Assembly (NCBI GenBank): GCA_023248155.1
Contig: JAHFFE010000007.1
Location: forward strand, 4,401-68,400
Direction of reading: 5' to 3'
DNA length: 64,000 bases
Origin: Candidatus Omnitrophota bacterium
Lineage (GTDB): Bacteria > Omnitrophota > Gorgyraeia > 1-14-0-20-64-10
This document shows positions 35,831-45,109 of this stretch, piece after piece. Each line of letters begins with the position of its first letter. The stretch's first letter is position 1. The notes beneath the pieces were generated by a model that was given only the letters and a program-made list of their open reading frames with translations, had not been told where the DNA came from and searched no databases. The position numbers and the translations under genes are program-made.

Positions 35831-37744
35831 ATGAATATCCCAAGCGATAAATCGCCCCGTTTCGTTTTCCGGTTTTTTTCAGCTTTGTTTATGGTGGCCC
35901 TGGTTTTCGTAATGCCTGCAACCCTCTTTGCCGATCCAACGCCGGTTCCCGAATCTTCCGCTGAAGCGGCCAAACCGCCTACGGCCCAGAATAACAAGGA
36001 TTATGTGCCGGGCGAGGTATTGGTCCGTATCAAGGATGGTGTTCCGGTCTCGCAGGTGGCGGCACTCGCCAAATCGATGGGCGCGAACCTCGACCGCCGC
36101 GTTACTTCGTGGGGACTCTATCTTTTTAAGTTCAGTGATTCCGCTCCAATTGATGAAGTTGTCAATCGTCTTCGCCAGCACCCGGCGGTTCAATATGCCG
36201 AGCCCAACGGAAAAATGCAGTTGTTCGGCGTCGGCGACGGCAGCGGATCCGGTTCGGAAAATTCTTCGGCAGGAACCCCGATTCTGGTGGCCGTGATTGA
36301 TACCGGCATTGATTTGAATCATACGGCGTTCGCCGGACATCTGTATCAGAACCTGCGCGAGATCGCCGGCGACGGCATTGATAACGACGGCAACGGTTAT
36401 GTCGACGACGTCAATGGATTTGATTTTTACAGCCGTTCCTCCTCCCCGATGGGAACGGCTGGTTCCGGCGCGCACGGTACGCAGGTGACCGGGCGCATTT
36501 TGCAGGGTGCCGTCGACGCGCCGGTTTCGGTGATGGCGCTGAGGGTCGGCCCCGGGCCGTCGCTTTCGTTGGCGGCCATCGTTGAAGCGATCGATTACGC
36601 CGTCAACAACGGCGCGAAAGTTATCAATATGAGCCTCGGCGCAACGATGCCGTATCAGGCGCTTTCCGAAGCGGTTCAGCGCGCGATTGACCGCGGCGTG
36701 ATTGTCGTGGCGGCGGCTGGCAACAGCGGCGCCGTGACGCCGAACTATCCGGCCGCTTTGCCGGGCGTGATATCGGTGGCCGCGTCCGACGCCAATGGCG
36801 CAAAAACCTGGTGGTCAAACTACGGCAGCACTGTCGATTTCACGGCGCCCGGTGATCAGGTAGTCACTACGACTTTCGGCGGAGGAAACGCCGCCGTCAG
36901 CGGAACTTCATTCTCGGCGCCGTTTGTGGCCGGCATGGTCGCGCGTATTCTTTCGGCCATGCCGAACCTCGGCGTAAATGATGTGATTAATAATTTGAAG
37001 GCATTTGCCAAAGATATTTACGCGGTGAACCACAGTTTTTACCAGGGCAAGCTGGGGCAGGGATTCCTCGACGAGCAGGTGGCTTCGCGCATCGCGCAGG
37101 CATTTCCGTTAGCGCCGCGGTCTCCGGCCGATCAGCCGCAGAATCAGAAGGATATGCTCGATGCCCAATTGGCCGCCGCGCAGAGGGAAGTCGCCCGGCT
37201 TGAATCGGAACTTTCCGCCGCAGACCGGAACCTGACCGCCGCGCATGAAGCTACTGTCGCTGCGAATGCACAAGTGGATCAGGCGGTGCAGAATGCCAAC
37301 CAGGCCTGGAAAGATTTCACGAATGCCTGGAGCGCCTGGTTCCGCGCCAGTTACTCGATCCGTGTTTCTCCGCAGGAAAAAGAATCACTGCGCCAGAAAA
37401 TGCAGCAGGCCTGGGAAAAAATGAACAAGGCCAACGCCGAAAAGCAGGATGCCCAGGCCCGCCAGCGCGTGGCGCAGTCGGATGAGAACCGGATCCGGAC
37501 CCAGCGTGAATCAATCGCCACCCAGCTGCGCGGCGCGCGCCAGCAGGTGGACGACATCAACCGGCGCCTTTCGGCGCTGATCAACCCGGCGCAGGGGGGA
37601 CAGGCCGAAACGAACTCGTTGTTGGGCCGTCTGCACGCGATTTCTCAATCGCTTAGTTTCGGGCCGCGCGGTCTGGGAATGCAGGAAGCGTCCGAATTGT
37701 CGCTGCCGGGTTCCGACAACGATCAGAATACAAGCGCTAAATAA
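35831..37744 (+). CDS. Secreted S8 (subtilisin) serine protease with prodomain and C-terminal coiled coil
   Basis: Signal peptide; YVPGEVLV..YAEPN prodomain; triad VIDTG, HGTQV, GTSFSAP; oxyanion AAAGN; long heptad tail. Confidence 0.92.
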   Translation: MNIPSDKSPRFVFRFFSALFMVALVFVMPATLFADPTPVPESSAEAAKPPTAQNNKDYVPGEVLVRIKDGVPVSQVAALAKSMGANLDRRVTSWGLYLFKFSDSAPIDEVVNRLRQHPAVQYAEPNGKMQLFGVGDGSGSGSENSSAGTPILVAVIDTGIDLNHTAFAGHLYQNLREIAGDGIDNDGNGYVDDVNGFDFYSRSSSPMGTAGSGAHGTQVTGRILQGAVDAPVSVMALRVGPGPSLSLAAIVEAIDYAVNNGAKVINMSLGATMPYQALSEAVQRAIDRGVIVVAAAGNSGAVTPNYPAALPGVISVAASDANGAKTWWSNYGSTVDFTAPGDQVVTTTFGGGNAAVSGTSFSAPFVAGMVARILSAMPNLGVNDVINNLKAFAKDIYAVNHSFYQGKLGQGFLDEQVASRIAQAFPLAPRSPADQPQNQKDMLDAQLAAAQREVARLESELSAADRNLTAAHEATVAANAQVDQAVQNANQAWKDFTNAWSAWFRASYSIRVSPQEKESLRQKMQQAWEKMNKANAEKQDAQARQRVAQSDENRIRTQRESIATQLRGARQQVDDINRRLSALINPAQGGQAETNSLLGRLHAISQSLSFGPRGLGMQEASELSLPGSDNDQNTSAK

Positions 37745-37761
37745 CGGCCCTCGCCGCCGTC

Positions 37762-37790
37762 TTGTCATCGCTCCACGCCTCTGGTAAACT
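37762..37790 (+). promoter_or_regulatory. Putative sigma70 promoter, likely leaderless transcript
   Basis: TTGTCA-17 nt-TAAACT with extended TG; GTG 37797 is 6 nt downstream and has no SD. Confidence 0.45.
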
Positions 37791-37796
37791 GATTCC

Positions 37797-38252
37797 GTGA
37801 AGAAACAATTCATTTTTTGGATCATTTTTTTGTCTTTTTTCGCTTCCGCGCATGCGGCAGAACTTGATCTGTTTGCCCAGGTGGACCGGCAGCAGCTGCG
37901 CCCAGGAGAACGGCTGACCTACGCCGTTACACTGGTGGGAGCGATGGTTCACGGCACGCCCCGTTTGGAACTCAACGAATTCAAGGGATTTTCGGTTATT
38001 TCTACCGGTCAGTCCCAGCAGGTTCGGATGCACAACGGGCAGACCCAGCAGGCGGTTACATTGACCTACACGCTTTCTCCATCGACGCCGGGCACTTATC
38101 TTTTAGGTCCGGCGCGCGTCGAATACGAAGGCAAGGTCTATGCCACTGAAGCCATTGAAATTCAGGTTGTTGAAGACGGTGAACAAAAAGTTCCGCCGGC
38201 TCGGGGCAACCCGCGTAAAGCTCCGGCGTTAAGAGGAGGAGTCGTTTTGTGA
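37797..38252 (+). CDS. BatD-family single-domain exported protein
   Basis: Signal peptide; AQVDR..GE.LTY, F.VIS..QSQQV...NG, YTL.P..PG.Y.LGPA pattern. Confidence 0.75.
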   Translation: MKKQFIFWIIFLSFFASAHAAELDLFAQVDRQQLRPGERLTYAVTLVGAMVHGTPRLELNEFKGFSVISTGQSQQVRMHNGQTQQAVTLTYTLSPSTPGTYLLGPARVEYEGKVYATEAIEIQVVEDGEQKVPPARGNPRKAPALRGGVVL

Positions 38253-38992
38253 ACAGGCATTTTTTTCCCGCGCTGGCGCTGATTCTTTCAATCGGGCTTG
38301 TCGGCGGCTGCGCCGGCGGCCAGAAAAAGCGGCAGATCGAAACACTTGAAACGCGCACAACAGAACTGCAACAGCAGTTGTCCGATGCCGAAAATTCGCG
38401 CCGCTCTCTGCAGCGCGCGCTGGATCAGGCCCGCGCCGACTTAAGCGAGGCGCAGCGCGACCATGCCGATCAGATTCGCCGGCTTTTGCAGGATAAAGAA
38501 AAGGAAACCGACAGCCTCGTAGAAGCGCAGCGCCGCCTGGCGATCAGCCTGAAAAAAGAGCTCGACGATTCCAAAGCCAAGCTGGAAATGACCGAGCGCG
38601 GGCTCGTCTTGACGCTGCTCGACGAAATTTTCTTTGATTCCGGCAAGGCCGTCATTAAAGAGGAAAGTTTCCCGACGCTCGATAAGGTGGCCAAGGTTCT
38701 CAAGGAGACCGTTCCGAACAGTTCGGTGGCGGTGGAAGGGCACACCGACGACCAGCCGATCAAATATTCGGGCTGGCGGACCAACTGGGAACTTTCCAGC
38801 GGCCGGGCGTTGGCCGTGGTTCATTACTTTATCGATCAGCAAAAGGTAGCCTCAGAACGGATGCAGGCGGTAGCCCGCGGGGAATTTCACCCAGTGGCTT
38901 CTAATACGACCGCAGAAGGCCGCCGGCAGAATCGGCGCGTGGAAGTAGTGATCCTGCCCAGCCATCTCAAGAAAGACAAGCCGGGGCGCTGA
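38249..38992 (+). CDS. OmpA/MotB-family peptidoglycan-binding lipoprotein with coiled coil
   Basis: Lipobox VGGC; FFDSGKA, VEGHTD, NWELSSGRA, NRRVEV. Confidence 0.88.
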   Translation: MNRHFFPALALILSIGLVGGCAGGQKKRQIETLETRTTELQQQLSDAENSRRSLQRALDQARADLSEAQRDHADQIRRLLQDKEKETDSLVEAQRRLAISLKKELDDSKAKLEMTERGLVLTLLDEIFFDSGKAVIKEESFPTLDKVAKVLKETVPNSSVAVEGHTDDQPIKYSGWRTNWELSSGRALAVVHYFIDQQKVASERMQAVARGEFHPVASNTTAEGRRQNRRVEVVILPSHLKKDKPGR

Positions 38993-38999
38993 TAAAATC

Positions 39000-40238
39000 A
39001 TGTCATGGATGAAAGGTCTCCGCTGCCGCGAATGCGGGCGCGATTTTCCGGCTAAAGCGCTGTTTGTCTGCGAATACTGTTTCGGGTCGCTCGAGGTTGA
39101 TTACGACTACGAAGCGATGCACGGCAAACTGACGCGCGCCGCGATTGAAAAGCGGCCGGCCAATATCTGGCGCTACCGCGAACTGCTTCCGATTGACGGC
39201 GATCCAACGGTCGGTTTCCATACCGGCATGACGCCGCTGTTCCGCGCCGAACGATTGGGCAAGGCGCTGGGCGTCAAAGAACTGTACATCAAAGACGATT
39301 CCGTCTGCCATCCGACACTGTCATTTAAAGACCGCGTCGTTTCGGTTGCGCTTTCCCGCGCCAAAGAACTTGGTTTTGATACGGCCGCTTGCGCGTCCAC
39401 CGGAAACCTGGGCAACTCCGTCGCATCGCTTTCAGCCAAGGCCGGCATGAAGCGCGTGATTTTTATTCCGGCCGATCTGGAGATGGGCAAGGTGGTCGGT
39501 TCCTTGATCTACGCGCCGAACCTGGTGGCCGTTGAAGGGAACTACGACGAAGTCAACCGCCTCTGCGCCGAGATCGCGGGCCGCTACCACTGGGCGTTCG
39601 TGAATATCAACATTCGTCCCTATTACGCTGAAGGATCCAAAACCTACGGATTTGAAATCGCCGAACAGATGGGGTGGACAACGCCCAAGCATATCGTGGT
39701 TCCGGCGGCCAGCGGTTCGTTGCTGGTGAAAATCTGGAAGGGGTTCAAGGAACTCCACAAGCTGGGTCTGATTTCAAAACCGGAATCCCGTCTGTACGCG
39801 GCGCAGCCCGACGGCTGTTCGCCGATCGTGACGGCCGTCAACAGCGGCGTGGATGTGATCAAGCCGGTCAAGCCGAAGACGATCGCAAAATCGCTGGCGA
39901 TCGGCAACCCGGCCGACGGTTATTACGCGACTGACGCGATCCGCGAAACGCAGGGCGGCGCGGCCTCGGTCACCGACGCCGAAATCGTCGATGCGATGAA
40001 GTTATTGGCCCAGACCGAAGGAATCTTTACCGAGACGGCCGGCGGCGTAACCGTGGCGGCCGCGAAGAAGCTGATCGAAGAAAAGAAAATTCCGCGTGAT
40101 GAATCGATTGTGATCTGTATCACCGGGCAGGGTTTGAAAACGCAGGAAGCGGTAATGGATCATATCGGCAAGCCGATCAAAATCCGGCCGACGCTGGAAT
40201 CGTTTGAGACGGAAGTCGCTTCTAAAACCAACTTGTAA
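39000..40238 (+). CDS. thrC: Threonine synthase (PLP-dependent)
   Basis: N-terminal CxxC/CxxC, PTLSFKDR, CASTGN, EGSKT, TGQGLK. Confidence 0.88.
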   Translation: MSWMKGLRCRECGRDFPAKALFVCEYCFGSLEVDYDYEAMHGKLTRAAIEKRPANIWRYRELLPIDGDPTVGFHTGMTPLFRAERLGKALGVKELYIKDDSVCHPTLSFKDRVVSVALSRAKELGFDTAACASTGNLGNSVASLSAKAGMKRVIFIPADLEMGKVVGSLIYAPNLVAVEGNYDEVNRLCAEIAGRYHWAFVNINIRPYYAEGSKTYGFEIAEQMGWTTPKHIVVPAASGSLLVKIWKGFKELHKLGLISKPESRLYAAQPDGCSPIVTAVNSGVDVIKPVKPKTIAKSLAIGNPADGYYATDAIRETQGGAASVTDAEIVDAMKLLAQTEGIFTETAGGVTVAAAKKLIEEKKIPRDESIVICITGQGLKTQEAVMDHIGKPIKIRPTLESFETEVASKTNL

Positions 40239-40248
40239 GGAGGAGAGC

Positions 40249-40524
40249 ATGGCGATTGTTGTTCGAATTCCGACCCCGCTCCAGAAATTGACGGGCGATA
40301 AAGCTGAAGTGACCGCCGAGGGCGGAAGTGTGCAGGATTTGTTGACCGATTTGGACCGGCAGTTTCCGGGACTGAAAGACCGGCTTTGCGATCCAAGCGG
40401 CAAACTGCGCCGGTTTGTGAATTTGTATGTCAACGAAGAAGACATTCGCTTTTTAAAGCAGGAATCGACGGCGCTGAAAGACGGCGACGAAGTGTCGATC
40501 ATTCCCGCGATAGCCGGAGGATAA
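40249..40524 (+). CDS. MoaD/ThiS/CysO-like sulfur carrier protein
   Basis: SD AGGAGG; VRIPTPL, FVNLYVNEEDIRF, C-terminal IPAIAGG. Confidence 0.92.
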   Translation: MAIVVRIPTPLQKLTGDKAEVTAEGGSVQDLLTDLDRQFPGLKDRLCDPSGKLRRFVNLYVNEEDIRFLKQESTALKDGDEVSIIPAIAGG

Positions 40525-40530
40525 CCAACC

Positions 40531-40773
40531 ATGCCCAAGCGAATGGTTCAGCTGATTTTTCCGCAAAAGCTGATTAAGAAACCGGTCATTTACACGATGG
40601 CCGTCAAATGCAAGGTGGTTCCGAATGTCCGCCGCGCCAAAGTGACCGAGACCGTCGGCAATATGACGCTGGAACTGGAAGGAACCAAAGAGAACCTCGA
40701 AAAAGGAATTAAATTCCTGATCCGGCAGGGCGTCAAGGTGGAACCTGTCATGGGCGATGTCCTCGAGTCTTAA
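40531..40773 (+). CDS. NIL domain protein
   Basis: 80 aa; L.FP.....PVIY, NVRRAKV, LELEG, GVKVEP; usual partner of thrC/moaD. Confidence 0.8.
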   Translation: MPKRMVQLIFPQKLIKKPVIYTMAVKCKVVPNVRRAKVTETVGNMTLELEGTKENLEKGIKFLIRQGVKVEPVMGDVLES

Positions 40774-40776
40774 CTC

Positions 40777-40897
40777 GTCCGCTGAAAAAGCTCCGTCTGC
40801 TTTGTTGCATGCGGCGCTCTCTCGTGCGGCGTATAAGCCACATACGCCTCCTCGGTCGCTTGCATGCGCCGTGCATCCGAGAGCTTTTTGAGCGGAC
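40777..40897. repeat. MITE-like structured intergenic element
   Basis: 17-bp terminal inverted repeats GTCCGCTGAAAAAGCTC / GAGCTTTTTGAGCGGAC (1 mismatch); internal stems GCATGC and GGCGTAT/ATACGCC. Confidence 0.6.
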
Positions 40898-40936
40898 TTT
40901 CAAAACAGGTTTTCTCATAACCCGGTTTCATTCCTG

Positions 40937-41524
40937 ATGAATGAGTTTCTTCCCGATGACCGCGCGCTGATCGAGGGCGTTGCGGCGCGGGATCCCGAAG
41001 CGTTCCGGTCCGTCATGGAACAGTATTCGGGGCCGGTGTTCAATTTGTCCTACCGTTTTTTGTCCAATCGCGCCGACGCCGAAGAAGTCGCGCAGGAAGT
41101 TTTCTTAAAGCTCTATCTTCATCCTCCTGTTCTGCAGCCCTCCGTCAAATTATTTACCTGGCTTTACCGCGTGACCGTCAATGCGTCGCTGGACGCCTTG
41201 CGCCGCCGCAAGCGTGCCGGGATTGCTTTCTCTACCGATCAGACCTATGAAACCGCCGAAGGCGAAACCGTTTCTCCGGGCACGCTGCTGGCCGATCCTA
41301 TCGGACCGCGCACGCGGATCGAAAACCGCGACCGTCTGCGCTGCGCGCGTGAAGCGATCGCGCAGCTGCCTGATGCATTAAAGGCACCGCTTATTTTGTC
41401 GGTTCTTGAGGAACTACCGCATTCCGAGATCGCCGTTATTTTAAAAATCAGCCCCAAGGCGGTCGAGCGCCGGATCCATCGTGCCCGTCAGCTTTTGAGC
41501 GATCAGTTGCGGTCATTTTTATAA
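40937..41524 (+). CDS. ECF sigma-70 factor
   Basis: DAEEVAQEVFL, TWLYRVTVN, region 4 EIAVIL..S..AV..RIHRAR. Confidence 0.92.
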   Translation: MNEFLPDDRALIEGVAARDPEAFRSVMEQYSGPVFNLSYRFLSNRADAEEVAQEVFLKLYLHPPVLQPSVKLFTWLYRVTVNASLDALRRRKRAGIAFSTDQTYETAEGETVSPGTLLADPIGPRTRIENRDRLRCAREAIAQLPDALKAPLILSVLEELPHSEIAVILKISPKAVERRIHRARQLLSDQLRSFL

Positions 41525-41560
41525 GGTAGGGGGGATTCGCCGATTCCCGGCGTTTAATAG

Positions 41561-41917
41561 ATGAAGGGAATAAATGGCATGAAAAACGAAAAATCAGATC
41601 AACCGTTGGATCAATTACTGCGGGATGCCTGCGCGCCTGTACCGGTCTCGGCCGATTTCCGGCGTCAGTTGTGGGGCCGTTTGATAAAACCGGCCGAAGT
41701 TGTTTCCATTTCTGTCTGGTCGGGTGCTTTGGCCGCCGCTGTTTTTCTGGGTGTTTTTATTGGAACCGTGCAAACCGCTTTGCCGGTCGCGCGCGCAGAT
41801 GCCGCGGTTCAATCTGTTTTAACCCGCCATGAACGGTGGGATCTGTTCGCCGATGCGCCGCACGACACGCTGGCTGGATCGGTGATCCGCTTAAGTGCCA
41901 AAGGAGAAAAACAATGA
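41561..41917 (+). CDS. Probable membrane anti-sigma factor (alternative start 41579)
   Basis: Directly follows the ECF gene; short soluble N-terminus plus a single TM helix. Confidence 0.6.
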   Translation: MKGINGMKNEKSDQPLDQLLRDACAPVPVSADFRRQLWGRLIKPAEVVSISVWSGALAAAVFLGVFIGTVQTALPVARADAAVQSVLTRHERWDLFADAPHDTLAGSVIRLSAKGEKQ

Positions 41918-42369
41918 AACGGTTCTGGATCGCCGCGGTGTTGCTGGCATTGTCCGGTTTGGCTGCGTACGGATTGGCGCGCGGCTGCTGCCGTTTTTGG
42001 GCAAAAAAAGAAGGGGTCAACGAACAGATTCTTGACCGCCTGGCGCTGACGAGTGAACAGCGATTGGCCGTGGCGCCGATTGAGGCCGATTATTTGAAAA
42101 AGAAAAACGCCACCTGCGAATTGCTTTGCGCCAAGCGCGCCCAGTTGATTCAAACGATGAAGCAGCCCGAATGGGACCGCGATGTTTTATTTCAGTTGGT
42201 TCAGGAGATCGGGCAGGAGCAAACATTGTTTGAGCAGGAAACGATCGATTATTTAACTGCGCTCAATCAGTATCTGGATGAACCGCAAAAGAAGCGGCTC
42301 AGGGAGCTGGTTACAGCGGAGCTGCGTACCGCCTGCCAGGCCACGGCTTGTGGGAGGAATTCAAAATGA
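41914..42369 (+). CDS. Periplasmic heavy-metal sensor (Spy/CpxP/CnrX-like)
   Basis: SD AAGGAG; N-terminal anchor; LALTSEQ and L..PQ motifs; helical; several Cys. Confidence 0.7.
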   Translation: MKRFWIAAVLLALSGLAAYGLARGCCRFWAKKEGVNEQILDRLALTSEQRLAVAPIEADYLKKKNATCELLCAKRAQLIQTMKQPEWDRDVLFQLVQEIGQEQTLFEQETIDYLTALNQYLDEPQKKRLRELVTAELRTACQATACGRNSK

Positions 42370-42803
42370 AGAAAAACCTTTTAGTGATGCTGGCACTTTC
42401 CGTTTCTCTGCTGTTCTCGGGCGTCGCATCGGCAGAGCATGATGCGAGCCATATGAAAATGGATGCCATCCAGAAACCGGTCGTTGCCAAAACACCGTCC
42501 CCGATTGAGGTGAAGCCGGGCCAGTTGATCCTTGAGGTCGACGGGCTTGTCTGCGCGGTCTGCGGTTACGGCATTGAGCGCAATGTCGCAAAACTTGACT
42601 TTATCGACCGGAAGAAATTCAGCCATGGCGTATTGACCGACGTCTACAATCAGCGGTTGGTTCTGGCGCTTGTGCCGGGAAAATCGGTGGATCTAAAAGC
42701 GCTTTCGGAAGCAATCAAACATGCCGGCTATCCGCTCAAGGCCGTCTACCTATTCTCGGCTGAGGGGCATCCAACACGGATTGAGGCGGCGGATATTCGA
42801 TGA
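42366..42803 (+). CDS. Exported HMA-domain metal-binding protein
   Basis: Signal peptide; VDGLVCAVC and AI..AGY. Confidence 0.8.
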   Translation: MKKNLLVMLALSVSLLFSGVASAEHDASHMKMDAIQKPVVAKTPSPIEVKPGQLILEVDGLVCAVCGYGIERNVAKLDFIDRKKFSHGVLTDVYNQRLVLALVPGKSVDLKALSEAIKHAGYPLKAVYLFSAEGHPTRIEAADIR

Positions 42804-43669
42804 AACGGAAGGCGGCTTTGCTGCTGCTTGTTCTCTTGCTGGGCGCCGTTTCAACGGCCTGGGCACGCCAGCCGGTTATGGATATGATGCCTCGGTGGAA
42901 GCATGGGTATGGCTTCCAGTTTGCCCATTCCTCCCGTACGTCTTCCACGCTGAAAGAAGGCGATTCTGAAATTAACAATCCTTTTGGCCGGAAACGCCGC
43001 GTGGAAATGGAATGGCTGCAGGGGGTTTATTCGTTCAGTCAGGAGCGCCGCGTTTCTTTCAAGATCCCTTGGGTTAACCAAAGCCGGACCACGCTAAGGC
43101 ATGGTGCCCCAGTAAAAGAAACCGGAACCGGTTGGGGGGACCTGATTCTCGGTTTTCTCTTTAAAAAATATTGGGACAGAGAAAATACCACCGCCAATGT
43201 GAGCGTGGTGCCGTCTATCCGTATTCCGACCGGCAGCACCGACGATGCTTATCCCGTGGGTGACGGCAGCACCGATTTTGGTTTAAGCTTCTCCTACAAC
43301 CGCGATACTCCGCGCACCTATCAGTTTTACGAAACATTTTATTGGCTCAACGGGCATGGCCGGCAGGGGATCTCCCAGGGCGATGAAATCGGCCTCAATG
43401 CCGATCTGGGATTGAACGTCTACCGGAACCAGGAAAAGAATTGGGGCATTATGCTGGCCTGGAGCAATACGCTGCGGCACGAAATGCAGGGAGTGGACCA
43501 GGAGGGAGAAACCGGCGGAACGCTCTTGTCGATGGGGCCGATGGTGATGTTCTCCTGGAGAAATTTTATCAGTCATGTGGGATATAAAATACCGGTCTAC
43601 GAACGGCTTCAGGATCAGCAGGTTTCTTATGGTCCGGAACTGGAGATTGAAGCAGGGATGGCCTTCTGA
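42800..43669 (+). CDS. Outer-membrane beta-barrel transporter (MetA-pathway/phenol-degradation-like family)
   Basis: Signal peptide; G.GD, IPTG, GDGSTD motifs; terminal Phe. Confidence 0.65.
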   Translation: MKRKAALLLLVLLLGAVSTAWARQPVMDMMPRWKHGYGFQFAHSSRTSSTLKEGDSEINNPFGRKRRVEMEWLQGVYSFSQERRVSFKIPWVNQSRTTLRHGAPVKETGTGWGDLILGFLFKKYWDRENTTANVSVVPSIRIPTGSTDDAYPVGDGSTDFGLSFSYNRDTPRTYQFYETFYWLNGHGRQGISQGDEIGLNADLGLNVYRNQEKNWGIMLAWSNTLRHEMQGVDQEGETGGTLLSMGPMVMFSWRNFISHVGYKIPVYERLQDQQVSYGPELEIEAGMAF

Positions 43670-45096
43670 TGATAACGATCCGCCGATTAGTTCCCGGAAT
43701 AGCGATCCTCTTTTTATTAGCGGGATGCGCAACGGTGTCCGCGAAAACGGATTTTTCCGGAGTGCAGAAAACGGTCGCTTCACGCACGGAAGCGCGCGTG
43801 CATTGGAATCAGGGCGGGCCCGAGGATGCGGCGGTGGCCCAGGCCATTGAATCAACATTGGGAAAAGAACTTACCGTAGAGGCCGCGGTGCAGCTGGCGC
43901 TCTTGAACAACCGGACTCTTCAGGCTACCTTCGAAGAATTAGGGATTGCCCAGGCCGATTTGGTGCAGGCCGGTCTGCTTAAGAATCCTGTCTTTGCAGG
44001 TCATGTCCGGTTTTCCGATCAGTCCGGTCAAGGGACCAACACAGAATTTTCGGTTTCACAGGATTTTATGGAACTTTTCGCGCGGTCCCTGCGGAAAAAA
44101 GTTGCCGCCGCGCAGCTTGAGAGTGTCCAGTTTCGGGTCAGCGATGCCGTGTTGAAATTGTCTGCCGAAGTTCGCTTGGCCTATTACGCTCTGCAAGGAG
44201 CGGAACATTCTCAAAAATCGTTTGAGACCATTGTGCAAGCGGCCCAGGCGGCCGTGGATCTGGCCGAGCGTCAGCACACTGCGGGCAATAGTAACGATTT
44301 GGAATTTGCCGGCGAACAGGCCGCTTTTCAGCAAGCCAATCTGGATCTGATACGAAGCCAGGCCGAATTGCTTTCTGCCCGCGAGAGATTGAATCGTCTG
44401 ATCGGTCTTACGGAAAATCCGTCATGGACCATTTCGGAAATAGTGCCCGCAATGCCTTCCAGGGAACCTTCCGGTGAAACGCTGGAACAACAGGCGCTTT
44501 CTCAGCGGCTGGATTTATTGGCTGCCCGGAACGATGTTCACGCATCGGAGCAAGTAGTGGATCTGGCCCGTCGGGGAGCGTGGCCGGCGGTTAACATCGG
44601 GGTGGATACCGAACGGGATCCGGATGGCACCCGCGTTACCGGCCCATCCTGGGAAGCGGAACTTCCGGTTTTTGATCAGAAGCAAACACCTGTTGCCAGG
44701 GCGCAGGCCCAGCTCCGCCAGAACCAGAACCGGGTTGCCGCTCTGGAAACCCAGATTCGCTCCGAAGTCCGCGCCTCCCTGAACCATGTTCAGGTATCCC
44801 GTCAGCTGATTGACCGGTATCGGGATGAAATGATTCCGCTTCGGGAGAAAATCGTCGCGGAAACTCAGAAACATTACAACTTTATGCTCAAAGGCGCTTT
44901 TCAACTTTTGCAGGCCAAACGCGATGAATTGAACGCCTACCGCGAATATATGAACGCTTTGCAGGATTACTGGCAGGCCCGAACCGATTTGGAGCGGGCC
45001 GTGGGCGGGCGCCTGCCGGTTTCCGAATCGAGCCCCATTCCGATGGCTCACCCGGCGGAACCAAAACAGGAAGCCGCGCACCACCATCATCATTAG
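43669..45096 (+). CDS. TolC-family outer-membrane lipoprotein (copper-resistance type)
   Basis: Lipobox LAGC; AVQLALLNN..LQA, two OEP repeats, His5 tail. Confidence 0.9.
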   Translation: MITIRRLVPGIAILFLLAGCATVSAKTDFSGVQKTVASRTEARVHWNQGGPEDAAVAQAIESTLGKELTVEAAVQLALLNNRTLQATFEELGIAQADLVQAGLLKNPVFAGHVRFSDQSGQGTNTEFSVSQDFMELFARSLRKKVAAAQLESVQFRVSDAVLKLSAEVRLAYYALQGAEHSQKSFETIVQAAQAAVDLAERQHTAGNSNDLEFAGEQAAFQQANLDLIRSQAELLSARERLNRLIGLTENPSWTISEIVPAMPSREPSGETLEQQALSQRLDLLAARNDVHASEQVVDLARRGAWPAVNIGVDTERDPDGTRVTGPSWEAELPVFDQKQTPVARAQAQLRQNQNRVAALETQIRSEVRASLNHVQVSRQLIDRYRDEMIPLREKIVAETQKHYNFMLKGAFQLLQAKRDELNAYREYMNALQDYWQARTDLERAVGGRLPVSESSPIPMAHPAEPKQEAAHHHHH

Positions 45097-45109
45097 AAGG
45101 GAATTTACG

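Noticed and set aside
38249-38992. Flagellar motB or T6SS tssL call
   Set aside because: Has a lipobox instead of the MotB TM Asp motif; no motA or T6SS genes nearby.
41527-41560. GGGGATT...CGTTTA as an ECF promoter
   Set aside because: Single instance with no second copy found to define a consensus.
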